Source: an uncultured Chloroflexia bacterium (lineage in GTDB: Bacteria; Chloroflexota; Dehalococcoidia; Tepidiformales; Tepidiformaceae). From it: a stretch of 64,000 nucleotides of DNA. Location: the NCBI GenBank assembly GCA_963737965.1, contig CAVTUS010000008.1:420208-484207 (forward strand), given 5' to 3'. A model generated the notes under the pieces. That model did not search any database. It was given only the letters and a program-made list of their open reading frames with translations, and had not been told where the DNA came from. Positions 50,497 to 58,510 of the stretch are shown piece by piece (the stretch's first letter is position 1; each line of letters opens with the position of its first letter). Both the position numbers and the translations under genes were made by a program.

Positions 50497-51960
50497 ATGG
50501 ACCGCCGCTGGGTGGAATCGTATGGCCTTCTGCTCGGGCCCGACGAGATGGTCGCGCCCGGCCACGAGGTGCGGCCTGCCTACCGCGAATTCTTCGCCCG
50601 CATGCTCCGCTGGGAAGACGGCGAATTCGAGACCCGCCAGGGCCGCGCCGACCTCGCCCTTCTCAACGCCGGCATTACTTTCACCGTCTACAGCGACGAG
50701 GCCGGCACCGAGCGAATCTTCCCATTCTCGCTCATTCCCCGCATCGTCAGCGCCCAGGAGTGGGCTCGCATCGAGAAGGGCCTCGTCCAGCGCGTCACCG
50801 CCCTCAACCACTTCCTCGCCGACGTCTACGGCGAACAGCGTTGCCTGGCGGAAGGCATCGTGCCCGCCGAAATCGTGCTCGGTTCGTCCGACTACAACCT
50901 CCGAATGGTCGGCTGGCAACCGCCGCTCGGTGTCTACGCCCATATCGTTGGCTGCGACCTCGTCCGCGACCGCGATGGCACCTGGCGGGTCCTCGAGGAC
51001 AATCTGCGTTCGCCCTCCGGCGTCTCCTACGTGATGGAGAACCGGACCGTCATGCTCCGTGTCGCCCCGGACCTGTTCCCCCCGGGCCAGGTCCGCCCCG
51101 TAAACGACTACGGCCCCCGCCTTCGCAGCATGCTCACAGAGGTTCGCCCTCGCGCCGTCGATCCTGCCGATGTGAACGCCGTCGTCCTCACTCCCGGCAT
51201 CTTCAACTCCGCTTACTTCGAGCACGCCTTTCTCGCCCAACAGATGGGCATCACTCTCTGCGAAGGCGAGGACCTCATCGTCCACGAAGACCTTGTCTAT
51301 CTGCGGTCAACGACCGGCCTCGAGCGCGTCCACGTTATCTACCGCCGCATCGATGACGCCTTCCTCGATCCCCTGGCCTTTCGCCCCGATTCCGCCCTCG
51401 GCGTCCCCGGCATCGTGAACGCCTACCGGGCTGGCAACGTCACCCTCGTCAACGCCATCGGTACCGGCGTGGCCGATGACAAGGTCATCTATCGCTTTGT
51501 CCCCGATCTCATCCGCTTCTACCTCGGCGAAGAACCGATCCTCCCCAACGTGGACACCTACCTGGCCACGCTGCCCGGTGACCGCGCGATCATGAAGGCG
51601 AAGATGGCGGAGCTCGTCTTCAAGCCCGCCAATGCTTCTGGCGGCTATGGCCTCGTCGTCGGTCCCCAGGCTTCGAAAGCCGAGCTCGAAGCGCTTTGGG
51701 AGCAGGTGGAGGCTGACCCCCGTAATTGGCTCGCCCAGCCCCTTCTCGAGTTCAGCAGCATCCCGACCGTGCAGGACGGCGAACTGGTCGCCCGCCGCGC
51801 CGACCTCAGGCCCTATGTCCTCACCGGCGAAAGTTCCTGGGTCTTGCCCGGTGGCCTCACCCGCGTGGCCCTCCGCGAAGGTTCGTACGTGGTCAACTCC
51901 AGCCAGGGTGGCGGCAGCAAGGACACCTGGGTGCTGACCGGGGACAGCATGGATGCTTAG
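50497..51960 (+). CDS. circularly permuted type-2 ATP-grasp protein (COG2308-like)
   Basis: 487 aa. Family-typical FTVYSDE...ERIFPFSLIPRI, DLVRDRDGTWRVLEDNLRSPSGVSY and NAIGTGVADDK. Confidence 0.8.
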   Translation: MDRRWVESYGLLLGPDEMVAPGHEVRPAYREFFARMLRWEDGEFETRQGRADLALLNAGITFTVYSDEAGTERIFPFSLIPRIVSAQEWARIEKGLVQRVTALNHFLADVYGEQRCLAEGIVPAEIVLGSSDYNLRMVGWQPPLGVYAHIVGCDLVRDRDGTWRVLEDNLRSPSGVSYVMENRTVMLRVAPDLFPPGQVRPVNDYGPRLRSMLTEVRPRAVDPADVNAVVLTPGIFNSAYFEHAFLAQQMGITLCEGEDLIVHEDLVYLRSTTGLERVHVIYRRIDDAFLDPLAFRPDSALGVPGIVNAYRAGNVTLVNAIGTGVADDKVIYRFVPDLIRFYLGEEPILPNVDTYLATLPGDRAIMKAKMAELVFKPANASGGYGLVVGPQASKAELEALWEQVEADPRNWLAQPLLEFSSIPTVQDGELVARRADLRPYVLTGESSWVLPGGLTRVALREGSYVVNSSQGGGSKDTWVLTGDSMDA

Positions 51961-52924
51961 CCGCACCGCCGAAAACCTCTACTGGCTCGGCCGCTACCTC
52001 GAGCGGGCTGAGAACGTTGCCCGCATGGTCGACGTCGAGTACCACGCCGAAATTGAGGCTGGCTCCATCTCCGGCGAATCCGGCAATACCTGGGACGCCC
52101 TGATCACTGCGACCGGCGCCCGCGCACTCTACGAAGCCGTGAATGCCGAACACGCCGAGGGCGAAGCCCCGGCCCCGGGTGACTTCCTCGTCCTCAGCAT
52201 CGAAAACCCGAACAGCATCCGTTCCGTCGTCACCCAGGCCCGAAACCTTGCCCGTGCTCTCCGCGAATACATCTCCCGCGAGATCTGGAGTGAGATCAAC
52301 GGCCTCTATCTCGTCCTCTCCCGCCGCAGCCACCTCGAACAGGCCGAAGTCTTCGATATCTGCAGCTCGATCAAGCGCAGCATCGAGACCGTCTTCGGTC
52401 TCTACGACAACACGGTGCTGCTGGAGGAGGGCCGCGAGTGGTTTCGCTCTGGCGCCTACATCGAACGCGCCGACATGACGAGCCGTATCCTCGACGCCAA
52501 GTACCACATCCTCCTCCCCGACGTCGGCGATGTTGGCGGGCCTCTCGACCGTTTCCAGTGGGCCGCGATCCTCCGCTCCGCCAGCGCCTGGGAGGCGTTC
52601 CGCAAAACGGTACGAGGCACGCCCAGCGCCCCGCGCGTCACCGAACTGCTCATCCACAGCCAGCAGTTCCCCCGCAGCCTCATCTTCTGCCTCATGGGGC
52701 TCCTGCGGCACTACAAGAACGCCATGTCTGACTCGCCTCCGCCCATGCGCGCCCGCAGCGAACGCGCCATCACCCTCCTCCAGCTCGACGTCGCCGGGAT
52801 TACCACGGGCGACATCCTCGAGGCCGGCCTCCACGAGTTCCTCGACGACTTCCAGAAGCGGCTCATCGAGATCGACGCCACGCTCAGCGAAAGCATCTTT
52901 CGCGCCCTCCCGGAGCGGGTCTGA
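51953..52924 (+). CDS. alpha-E domain protein (COG2307-like)
   Basis: MLSRTAENLYWLGRYLERAENVARM is the hallmark N-terminus. 8-nt overlap with the ATP-grasp gene. Confidence 0.8.
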   Translation: MLSRTAENLYWLGRYLERAENVARMVDVEYHAEIEAGSISGESGNTWDALITATGARALYEAVNAEHAEGEAPAPGDFLVLSIENPNSIRSVVTQARNLARALREYISREIWSEINGLYLVLSRRSHLEQAEVFDICSSIKRSIETVFGLYDNTVLLEEGREWFRSGAYIERADMTSRILDAKYHILLPDVGDVGGPLDRFQWAAILRSASAWEAFRKTVRGTPSAPRVTELLIHSQQFPRSLIFCLMGLLRHYKNAMSDSPPPMRARSERAITLLQLDVAGITTGDILEAGLHEFLDDFQKRLIEIDATLSESIFRALPERV

Positions 52925-53718
52925 TGCGTCTCGAGGTTGCCTGGGACACCACCTACGCCTACTCCGAGCCGGTCCGTGTCCTCCACACCGAGCTCCGCGT
53001 GCTCCCCGCGAACCGCTTCGGGCAGAAGGTCACGGGAGCGAAGCTCGGCCTCGACCCGCCGGCCCATCTCTCGGTCGCCCCCGACGCGTTCGGGAACCTC
53101 GTCAACCACTTCGACCACCTCGGCTCGGTCGACCGCATCCACATCGTCATGGAGGCGACCGTGGAGACGAACGCGGGGCTCGTCGATGCCCCGGAGCTCT
53201 CGCCACTCGATTGTCACCTCGGTCTCGTGACGACTGCCCGCTGTCCCTCTAGCCCCGTCATCCAGTCTTTCCTCGATGGCATCCCCGATGCCCGTCCGGC
53301 CCAGCTGGCCTACCGCATCCTCGACACCATGGCATCCCGCTTCGAGTTCCAGTCGGGACACACCGACGTCACCGACACGGCCCTCGGGCTGCTCAGCAAG
53401 GGCCGCGGCGTCTGCCAGGACTTCGCCCACCTGATGCTTTGCGCGCTGCGCGAGCGTGGCGTCCCCTGTCGCTACGTCAGCGGCTATCTCGCGACCGGCC
53501 AGGGCGCCGACGCCACCCACGCCTGGGTGCAGGCCTGGCACGATGGCGCCTGGCATGGCTACGACCCGGCCAACAACTGCCCCCAGGACGAGCGCTATGC
53601 CGTCATCGGCATCGGCCGCGACTACGACGACGTGCCGCCCATCCGCGGCTCCTACCGGGGGATCGCCGAGGAGGCCTGGCAGGCCATCGTCCGCGTCGAC
53701 CAGGGACAGAATCAGTAG
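52924..53718 (+). CDS. transglutaminase-like cysteine peptidase-family protein
   Basis: GRGVCQDFAHLMLCALRERGVPCRYVSGY...THAWVQAW...YDPAN (Cys-His-Asp core). 1-nt overlap with the previous gene. Confidence 0.85.
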   Translation: MRLEVAWDTTYAYSEPVRVLHTELRVLPANRFGQKVTGAKLGLDPPAHLSVAPDAFGNLVNHFDHLGSVDRIHIVMEATVETNAGLVDAPELSPLDCHLGLVTTARCPSSPVIQSFLDGIPDARPAQLAYRILDTMASRFEFQSGHTDVTDTALGLLSKGRGVCQDFAHLMLCALRERGVPCRYVSGYLATGQGADATHAWVQAWHDGAWHGYDPANNCPQDERYAVIGIGRDYDDVPPIRGSYRGIAEEAWQAIVRVDQGQNQ

Positions 53719-53808
53719 CGGGGCCAGTGCCGGGCCGGGGTCGCCGTCCCGTAGAATCAATGGGATCAGGGAGCGCGGCCCGATACGGCGCTCCCATCCG
53801 GCGGACGC

Positions 53809-54582
53809 ATGACCTTTTGCATCGGCATGAAGTGCGAAGAGGGCCTCCTCGCGATCGCCGACACGCGGATCACGAGTGGCACCGAAGCTTCGACGGCCAA
53901 GAAGATCTCCGTCCACACGATTGGTGGCGGCTCCATCTTCATCGCCTCCAGCGGGCTACGGTCGGTGCGCGACAAGACGCTGACCTACTTCGAGGAGGCA
54001 ACGCACCTCTACGGTCCCGACATCAAGCGGCTCTACCAGGCGGCCAATGTGCTTTCGGAGCAGATCCGCCGCGTGCGCACCGAGGATGGCGACTGGCTCG
54101 AGCAGAGCAAGCTGACCTTCGACATCCACTGCATCCTCGGCGGCCAGCTGGAGGAGGACACCACCCACCGGCTCTACCACATCTATCCCGAAGGCAACTG
54201 GGTAGAGGTCGGTTCCGGGACGCCGTACATCATCATTGGCGAAAGCAGCTACGGGAAGGCGCTCCTCGACAGGGTCTGGCGCCACGAACGGCCACTTTCC
54301 GAGGCCCTGACCTGCGGCCTCCTGAGCTTCGACGCCACCCGCATCAGCGTCTCCGACGTCGATCCGCCGGTGGACGTGGTGCTGTACCGCAGCAACGCCT
54401 TCCAGATGCATGAGCAGCGCTTCGACGCGGGCGCCGTGCGCCCGCTCTCGATTTACTGGAACAACGCGATGATCGAGGCTGCCGCCCGGGCCGAGCCGAT
54501 CGTGGCGAAGATGTTCGCCCGCCTGGAGGCGGCGCCAAGTTCGAGCCGGGGCGATATCCCGGGGGCCGCCGGCGGCAGGTGA
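53809..54582 (+). CDS. proteasome-type peptidase (Anbu-like)
   Basis: MTFCIGMKCEEGLLAIADTRITSG, with Thr directly after Met1. It is the fourth gene of the ATP-grasp/alpha-E/transglutaminase set. gTAGAATc at 53752-53757. Confidence 0.75.
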   Translation: MTFCIGMKCEEGLLAIADTRITSGTEASTAKKISVHTIGGGSIFIASSGLRSVRDKTLTYFEEATHLYGPDIKRLYQAANVLSEQIRRVRTEDGDWLEQSKLTFDIHCILGGQLEEDTTHRLYHIYPEGNWVEVGSGTPYIIIGESSYGKALLDRVWRHERPLSEALTCGLLSFDATRISVSDVDPPVDVVLYRSNAFQMHEQRFDAGAVRPLSIYWNNAMIEAAARAEPIVAKMFARLEAAPSSSRGDIPGAAGGR

Positions 54583-54589
54583 GGGGTGC

Positions 54590-54595
54590 GATAAT
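54590..54595 (+). promoter_or_regulatory. -10-like GATAAT, 6 nt before the MNT ATG
   Basis: gcGATAATgcccccATG. Confidence 0.4.
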
Positions 54596-54601
54596 GCCCC
54601 C

Positions 54602-54907
54602 ATGGAACGGGAGCTTCCGATCGAGATTCCCTACGAGGCATTGGCAGAGTTTTGCCGGGCGAACGGCATAACGCGGCTCTCGCTGTTCGGTTCGGTGGTG
54701 CGTGACGATTTTGCGCCGGACAGCGACATCGACGTGCTGGTCGAATTCGCGGACGGGGTGCACCTGGGTTTCCACTACTTCGAGATCCAGGACGATCTCG
54801 CCCGGTTGTTGGGCAGGCCGGTCGACCTCCTGATGCCGGAGGGGCTGAGCAAGTATTTCCGGTCGGAAGTTCTCGACCAGGCGCAGGTCATCTATGACGC
54901 AGCGTGA
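54602..54907 (+). CDS. MNT-type nucleotidyltransferase antitoxin
   Basis: LSLFGSVVRDDFAPDSDIDVLV (GSxxR...DxD). Confidence 0.85.
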   Translation: MERELPIEIPYEALAEFCRANGITRLSLFGSVVRDDFAPDSDIDVLVEFADGVHLGFHYFEIQDDLARLLGRPVDLLMPEGLSKYFRSEVLDQAQVIYDAA

Positions 54908-55252
54908 CCCGGTCGTCGCGCTTCGCCAAATGCTCGATTTCGCAGAGACATTGGTCGTCGAAACAGAGGGCCGGACGAACCAGGAGATCTTGGACTCGGC
55001 GGTACTTTGGAACGCTTCCATCCACTCATCCAGAACGTTGGTGAGGCAGCCTCGCGTGTGGACCAGGACCTTCGCGACCGCGCCGTGGACATTCCGTGGC
55101 GAGGCATGATCGGTGTTCGCAACGTGATCGCCCATGGGTACGATTCGCTCACACCGCGAGTCATCTTCGACATCATCCGCGCCGACATTCCTCAACTTGT
55201 CCCGCAGCTTGAGGCGTTGATACGGGAGCTCGAGGGCGGGATTGGTAGTTGA
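54894..55252 (+). pseudogene. HepT/DUF86-type toxin, one frameshift near 55003
   Basis: 14-nt overlap with MNT. MTQRDPVVALRQMLDFAE...ILDSAVL | ERFHPLIQNVGEAAS...IPWRGMIGVRNVIAHGYD (Rx4HxY motif). Confidence 0.8.
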
Positions 55253-55331
55253 GCGGAGCCGTGCGCGAAAGCGTGGGTTCGGATGTCCGGGGATGGCGGT
55301 GTGCTCGTAGCTCGACGCTCATCGCTCGCCG

Positions 55332-56033
55332 CTAGTACGCCGGCTCGTCTAACACCACTTCGTCCAGCAGCCACGGCTCGTCGTTCTTGACGCTGTTGGC
55401 GGCCTGGGAGACGGGCCAGGCGACGAGGGCGCCGTCGTCGGCCGGCTGGAGGAGCCCCTTGAGCTTCGCGACGTTCTCTTCGCCCGGGTAGAGCCAGGTA
55501 TCCTGGGCCTCTTCGCTTTCGAGGATGACGGGCATGCGGTCGTGGATGCGGGCCATGTAGTCGTTCGCGGCGGTGGTGACGATGGTGAAGGTGAGCTGGC
55601 GCTCCGGTTCGCCCGGGGGCTGCCAGCTTTCGAACAGCCCGGCGAAGTAGAAGACCTTGCCATCGGGGCGATGGAACCAGTAGGGCTGGCGGTTGCCCTT
55701 CGGCCCCTGCCATTCGTAGAAGCCATCGACGGGGACGAGGCAGCGGTGCTTCTTGAAGGCGCCACGGTAGGCGGGGCTCTTCTCGATCGTCTCGGCGCGG
55801 GCGTTGATCTGCTTGTAGCTGGATTTGGCGTCCTTGGCCCAGTGGTTGATCAGGCCCCAGCGGGCGACCTTCACTTCGCGCTCCTCGCGGTCGGTGGTGA
55901 CGATGAGGTGGTCGGCGGTTGGCGGGATATTGAAGCGCGCCTGGTACTCCGGCGGCAGCGACTCGACAGGCACGCCCATATCCTGCGCCAGCTCCTGCGC
56001 TTCCTTATAGCTGAGGGTGATGCGGCCGCACAC
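55332..56033 (-). CDS. SOS-response-associated peptidase (SRAP/YedK-like)
   Basis: GTG at 56033 gives (M)CGRITL with catalytic Cys2. WGLINHWAKD, FYEW and IHDRMPVIL. Confidence 0.85.
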   Translation of the reverse strand: MCGRITLSYKEAQELAQDMGVPVESLPPEYQARFNIPPTADHLIVTTDREEREVKVARWGLINHWAKDAKSSYKQINARAETIEKSPAYRGAFKKHRCLVPVDGFYEWQGPKGNRQPYWFHRPDGKVFYFAGLFESWQPPGEPERQLTFTIVTTAANDYMARIHDRMPVILESEEAQDTWLYPGEENVAKLKGLLQPADDGALVAWPVSQAANSVKNDEPWLLDEVVLDEPAY

Positions 56034-56688
56034 GGTGTGAGCGTACAGCGTGGAGCGGCGAGCGTAGAAGCGCGCTGTCGCGCGGCGTAGAGCGTGGATG
56101 GCAAAGCGCAGAGCGGGAGGCGAGCCCTGGGGTCCGCTCGGTGCTCGAAGCTCGCTGCTGCAAAAGCACTGGAACCGCACGCCACCGCATCCCACCGCGC
56201 CGATCGCACGTGGGGCGGTGGCGGGGTCACCGCATACACGGGGGCGTTCGTGGCGCGCTGAGCACGTGCGGTCCGGCCGCCGAAAGAGGCGATACGGGGT
56301 CGAGCCCTGGTGCCTGTCGTGAGGGATGCCATGGGTGGAGGGTGGCAGGTGTGGGGCGGAGCGGGGAGGGGTGGGTGGCGGTGGGATGCCATGAAGTCCG
56401 CAGCGAGTGCTGCCGGTCTCACGATTAGGAACATGCAAACGGGTACGGGCTCCGGCCAGATGCGGGGGTCAGTCGCGGTTGGTGTAGGGGCGGTGCCGAC
56501 GGCCGTTCCCGACCTCCCTGCGGCGCCCGGGCGCTGCTGCTGATGGAGTGGTGGCTAAGGTGCTGGCGGCCGTCGAGGCGAAGATCCCATGAGATGACGC
56601 TGGCCGGAAGATGCCGAACCGCCGAAGGCGATCCTTGGTACCTAGAAGTGCCTAGTTCCCGCATTTTACTATGGGTGCTATCACATTG

Positions 56689-56694
56689 TAGAGT
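56689..56694 (+). promoter_or_regulatory. extended -10-like TGTAGAGT, 8 nt before the GTG at 56703
   Basis: attGTAGAGTcgacttgcGTG. Confidence 0.35.
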
Positions 56695-56702
56695 CGACTT
56701 GC

Positions 56703-57569
56703 GTGACTTCAGAAGTCCCTGGCGATGTAGTGCCCGCATGGTCTGAACAAGGTTCAGAGGCGGTAGCGTTCTTGCGAGGCACTGAAAGGTCGCGCTCGGA
56801 CCGCGTTTCAGATGCCATCGTGACGGCGGCCCTGTCCGCAATTCCCTGGATCGGTGCGGTGGTCATGGCCAGAAAGTCGATCAAAGATGGAGAACTGTCG
56901 GATGGACAGCTTCGAGCGATAACTCAGTGGCTAATCGCTCACGAGCAAAAGACTGTATTGCTTGAAAGAGATGTCCGGTGGGTTATCGAGCGGATTGATG
57001 AGCTCGGCGAAGAGGCGCGTTCCCGTGCAGAAAGCCAGCAATTTCAAGCGCTGGTCAACGAAGCGTTCGAAGTCTGGAACCGCGCTGCGACCGATGAAAA
57101 GCGAACTTACATTCGACGGCTACTCGCGAACCATGCTGGGCGTCCCCTTACGGACGATGATATCGTTCGCATGTTCCTTGACTGGATTGACCGCTACAAC
57201 GAAAAGCACTTTCAAATCATCGCCTACGTCGATAAACACCCCTACTGTTCCAAGCAAGATGTCGGTATCGATCTCTTCGATAGAGATCTGCCTGCAGATG
57301 CCACTCCGGAGGGGGGCCTGTTCCGCGAAATGTGGCGTGAGCTCAACTTCGGCGGAATCATTAGAAAACGCCGCGAAATTCAGGGTGGGCGGTTTCTCAG
57401 GGAGCAGGCGACGGGTCGACGGGCCCGGGGAACTGCCAGCCGTTACGTAGATACAACATTCGATGATGATGGCGAACAACAACTCTCGGAACTCGGGGCC
57501 CAGTTCGTCCATTACGTCTTGACCGACACCGTGTCTGCGATCGGGGAATCAGACGTACCCCGCGATTAG
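56703..57569 (+). CDS. hypothetical protein (288 aa), lower GC, no recognisable domain
   Basis: The long ORF stands out against the surrounding composition. One hydrophobic segment (AALSAIPWIGAVVMA), then a helical region rich in charged residues. Confidence 0.55.
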   Translation: MTSEVPGDVVPAWSEQGSEAVAFLRGTERSRSDRVSDAIVTAALSAIPWIGAVVMARKSIKDGELSDGQLRAITQWLIAHEQKTVLLERDVRWVIERIDELGEEARSRAESQQFQALVNEAFEVWNRAATDEKRTYIRRLLANHAGRPLTDDDIVRMFLDWIDRYNEKHFQIIAYVDKHPYCSKQDVGIDLFDRDLPADATPEGGLFREMWRELNFGGIIRKRREIQGGRFLREQATGRRARGTASRYVDTTFDDDGEQQLSELGAQFVHYVLTDTVSAIGESDVPRD

Positions 57570-57601
57570 CGTGTACCCACGGAGCGGCGACGGGGTGCCG
57601 C

Positions 57602-57690
57602 GACTACGATGCCCCACCAAACGGGGAGTGGACGATGACCACCGCGAAGATCAGCAGCGTCGATGCCTTGTTTGATGACACGGGCGGGGG
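57602..57690. repeat. diverged duplicate of the promoter and first ~22 codons of the hydrolase gene at 58456
   Basis: gactacGATg...ggggagtgGacgATGacCaccgcgaagatca...gacacgggcggg. Encodes a 42-aa stub, MTTAKISSVDALFDDTGGG.... Confidence 0.7.
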
Positions 57691-57856
57691 TCGCGTCGGT
57701 ACCCTGGAATCGGACTTCGACAAGAAGCAAACGCGGGTGGTCCAGGCGACGTTGGGGGAGTAGTCGCGGCCCACTGTGGCCGCTTGAGGCGTACCGGTGT
57801 CCTGGCTTTAGGCACCGGCGTATCGGCGTGCCCGGGCCGATTGGCGTTACGGTGGC

Positions 57857-58354
57857 ATGGCCCAGCGACCACGGTGGGTCGCGACTACAATCGGCGCGAT
57901 GCGGTTTCCCCGGCCTATTCGCCTCCCGCGAGAGCAGTACGAAAACATCGAGCAGCGCTTCCATGTGACTATCCATGGGCACCCGGAGGTTGGTGCGTTC
58001 GCTGAACCGGTTCGCGAGCGCATCTGGCAGGCGATCTTAGACGAGCGGGAAAGGGGCAAGGTCGTCCTCTACGCGGCGTGTCTTATGCCTGACCATCTCC
58101 ACCTTCTGCTCGGGCCGGGAAGTATGGACGTGGTTCGCTTCGTGGCTTCCTTCAAGTCGTGGACTACGAGGTTGGCGTGGGACGGCGGAATGCGGGGTGC
58201 AATCTGGCAGCCGAGTTTCTTCGATCGCGCGGTCCGCGACGAGGCTGACTTCGGCGCGACGGCTGAGTACATCGTGCGCAACCCGTTGACGGCGGGGTTG
58301 GTGGAGGACGAGCGGGATTGGCCGCATACGTGGGTTTGGTGGTGGGACGAATAA
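57857..58354 (+). mobile_element. REP-associated tyrosine transposase (RAYT)-like, IS200/IS605 Y1 HUH family
   Basis: HUH motif PDHLHLLL and catalytic-Tyr context AEYIVRNPLTAGLV, in ~150-165 aa. An alternative ATG at 57899 lies 7 nt after TACAAT (57886-57891). Confidence 0.75.
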
Positions 58355-58419
58355 CAAACGGGGTAAAGGTGGCTCCGGCTGCGACGGTTATTCCCACCAA
58401 GCAACCACCCGGAGCCCGA

Positions 58420-58510
58420 GACTACAATGCGGCCAAACCTCTGGGGGAGTGAACGATGACTACCGCGAAGATCAACGGCGTCGATATCTGGTATGAGGAC
58501 ACGGGCGGGA
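58420..58510. repeat. gene-contiguous copy of the duplicated hydrolase 5' region
   Basis: See 57602-57690. Contains TACAAT (58423-58428), GGGGGAG and the ATG at 58456. Confidence 0.7.

Noticed and set aside
56415-56440. Possible LexA/SOS box (GAACATGCAAAC) upstream of the SRAP gene.
   Set aside because: Only one half-site (GAAC) matches a GAAC-N4-GTTC-type box. The second half reads AAAC, and the site is ~400 nt from the start codon.
57764-58419. Flanking REP pairs around the RAYT-like gene.
   Set aside because: Short hairpins exist (for example accggtg...caccggt at ~57802-57828). The two flanks share no convincing inverted motif, with a best hand match of 9 of 14 nt, so no REP/BIME call is made.
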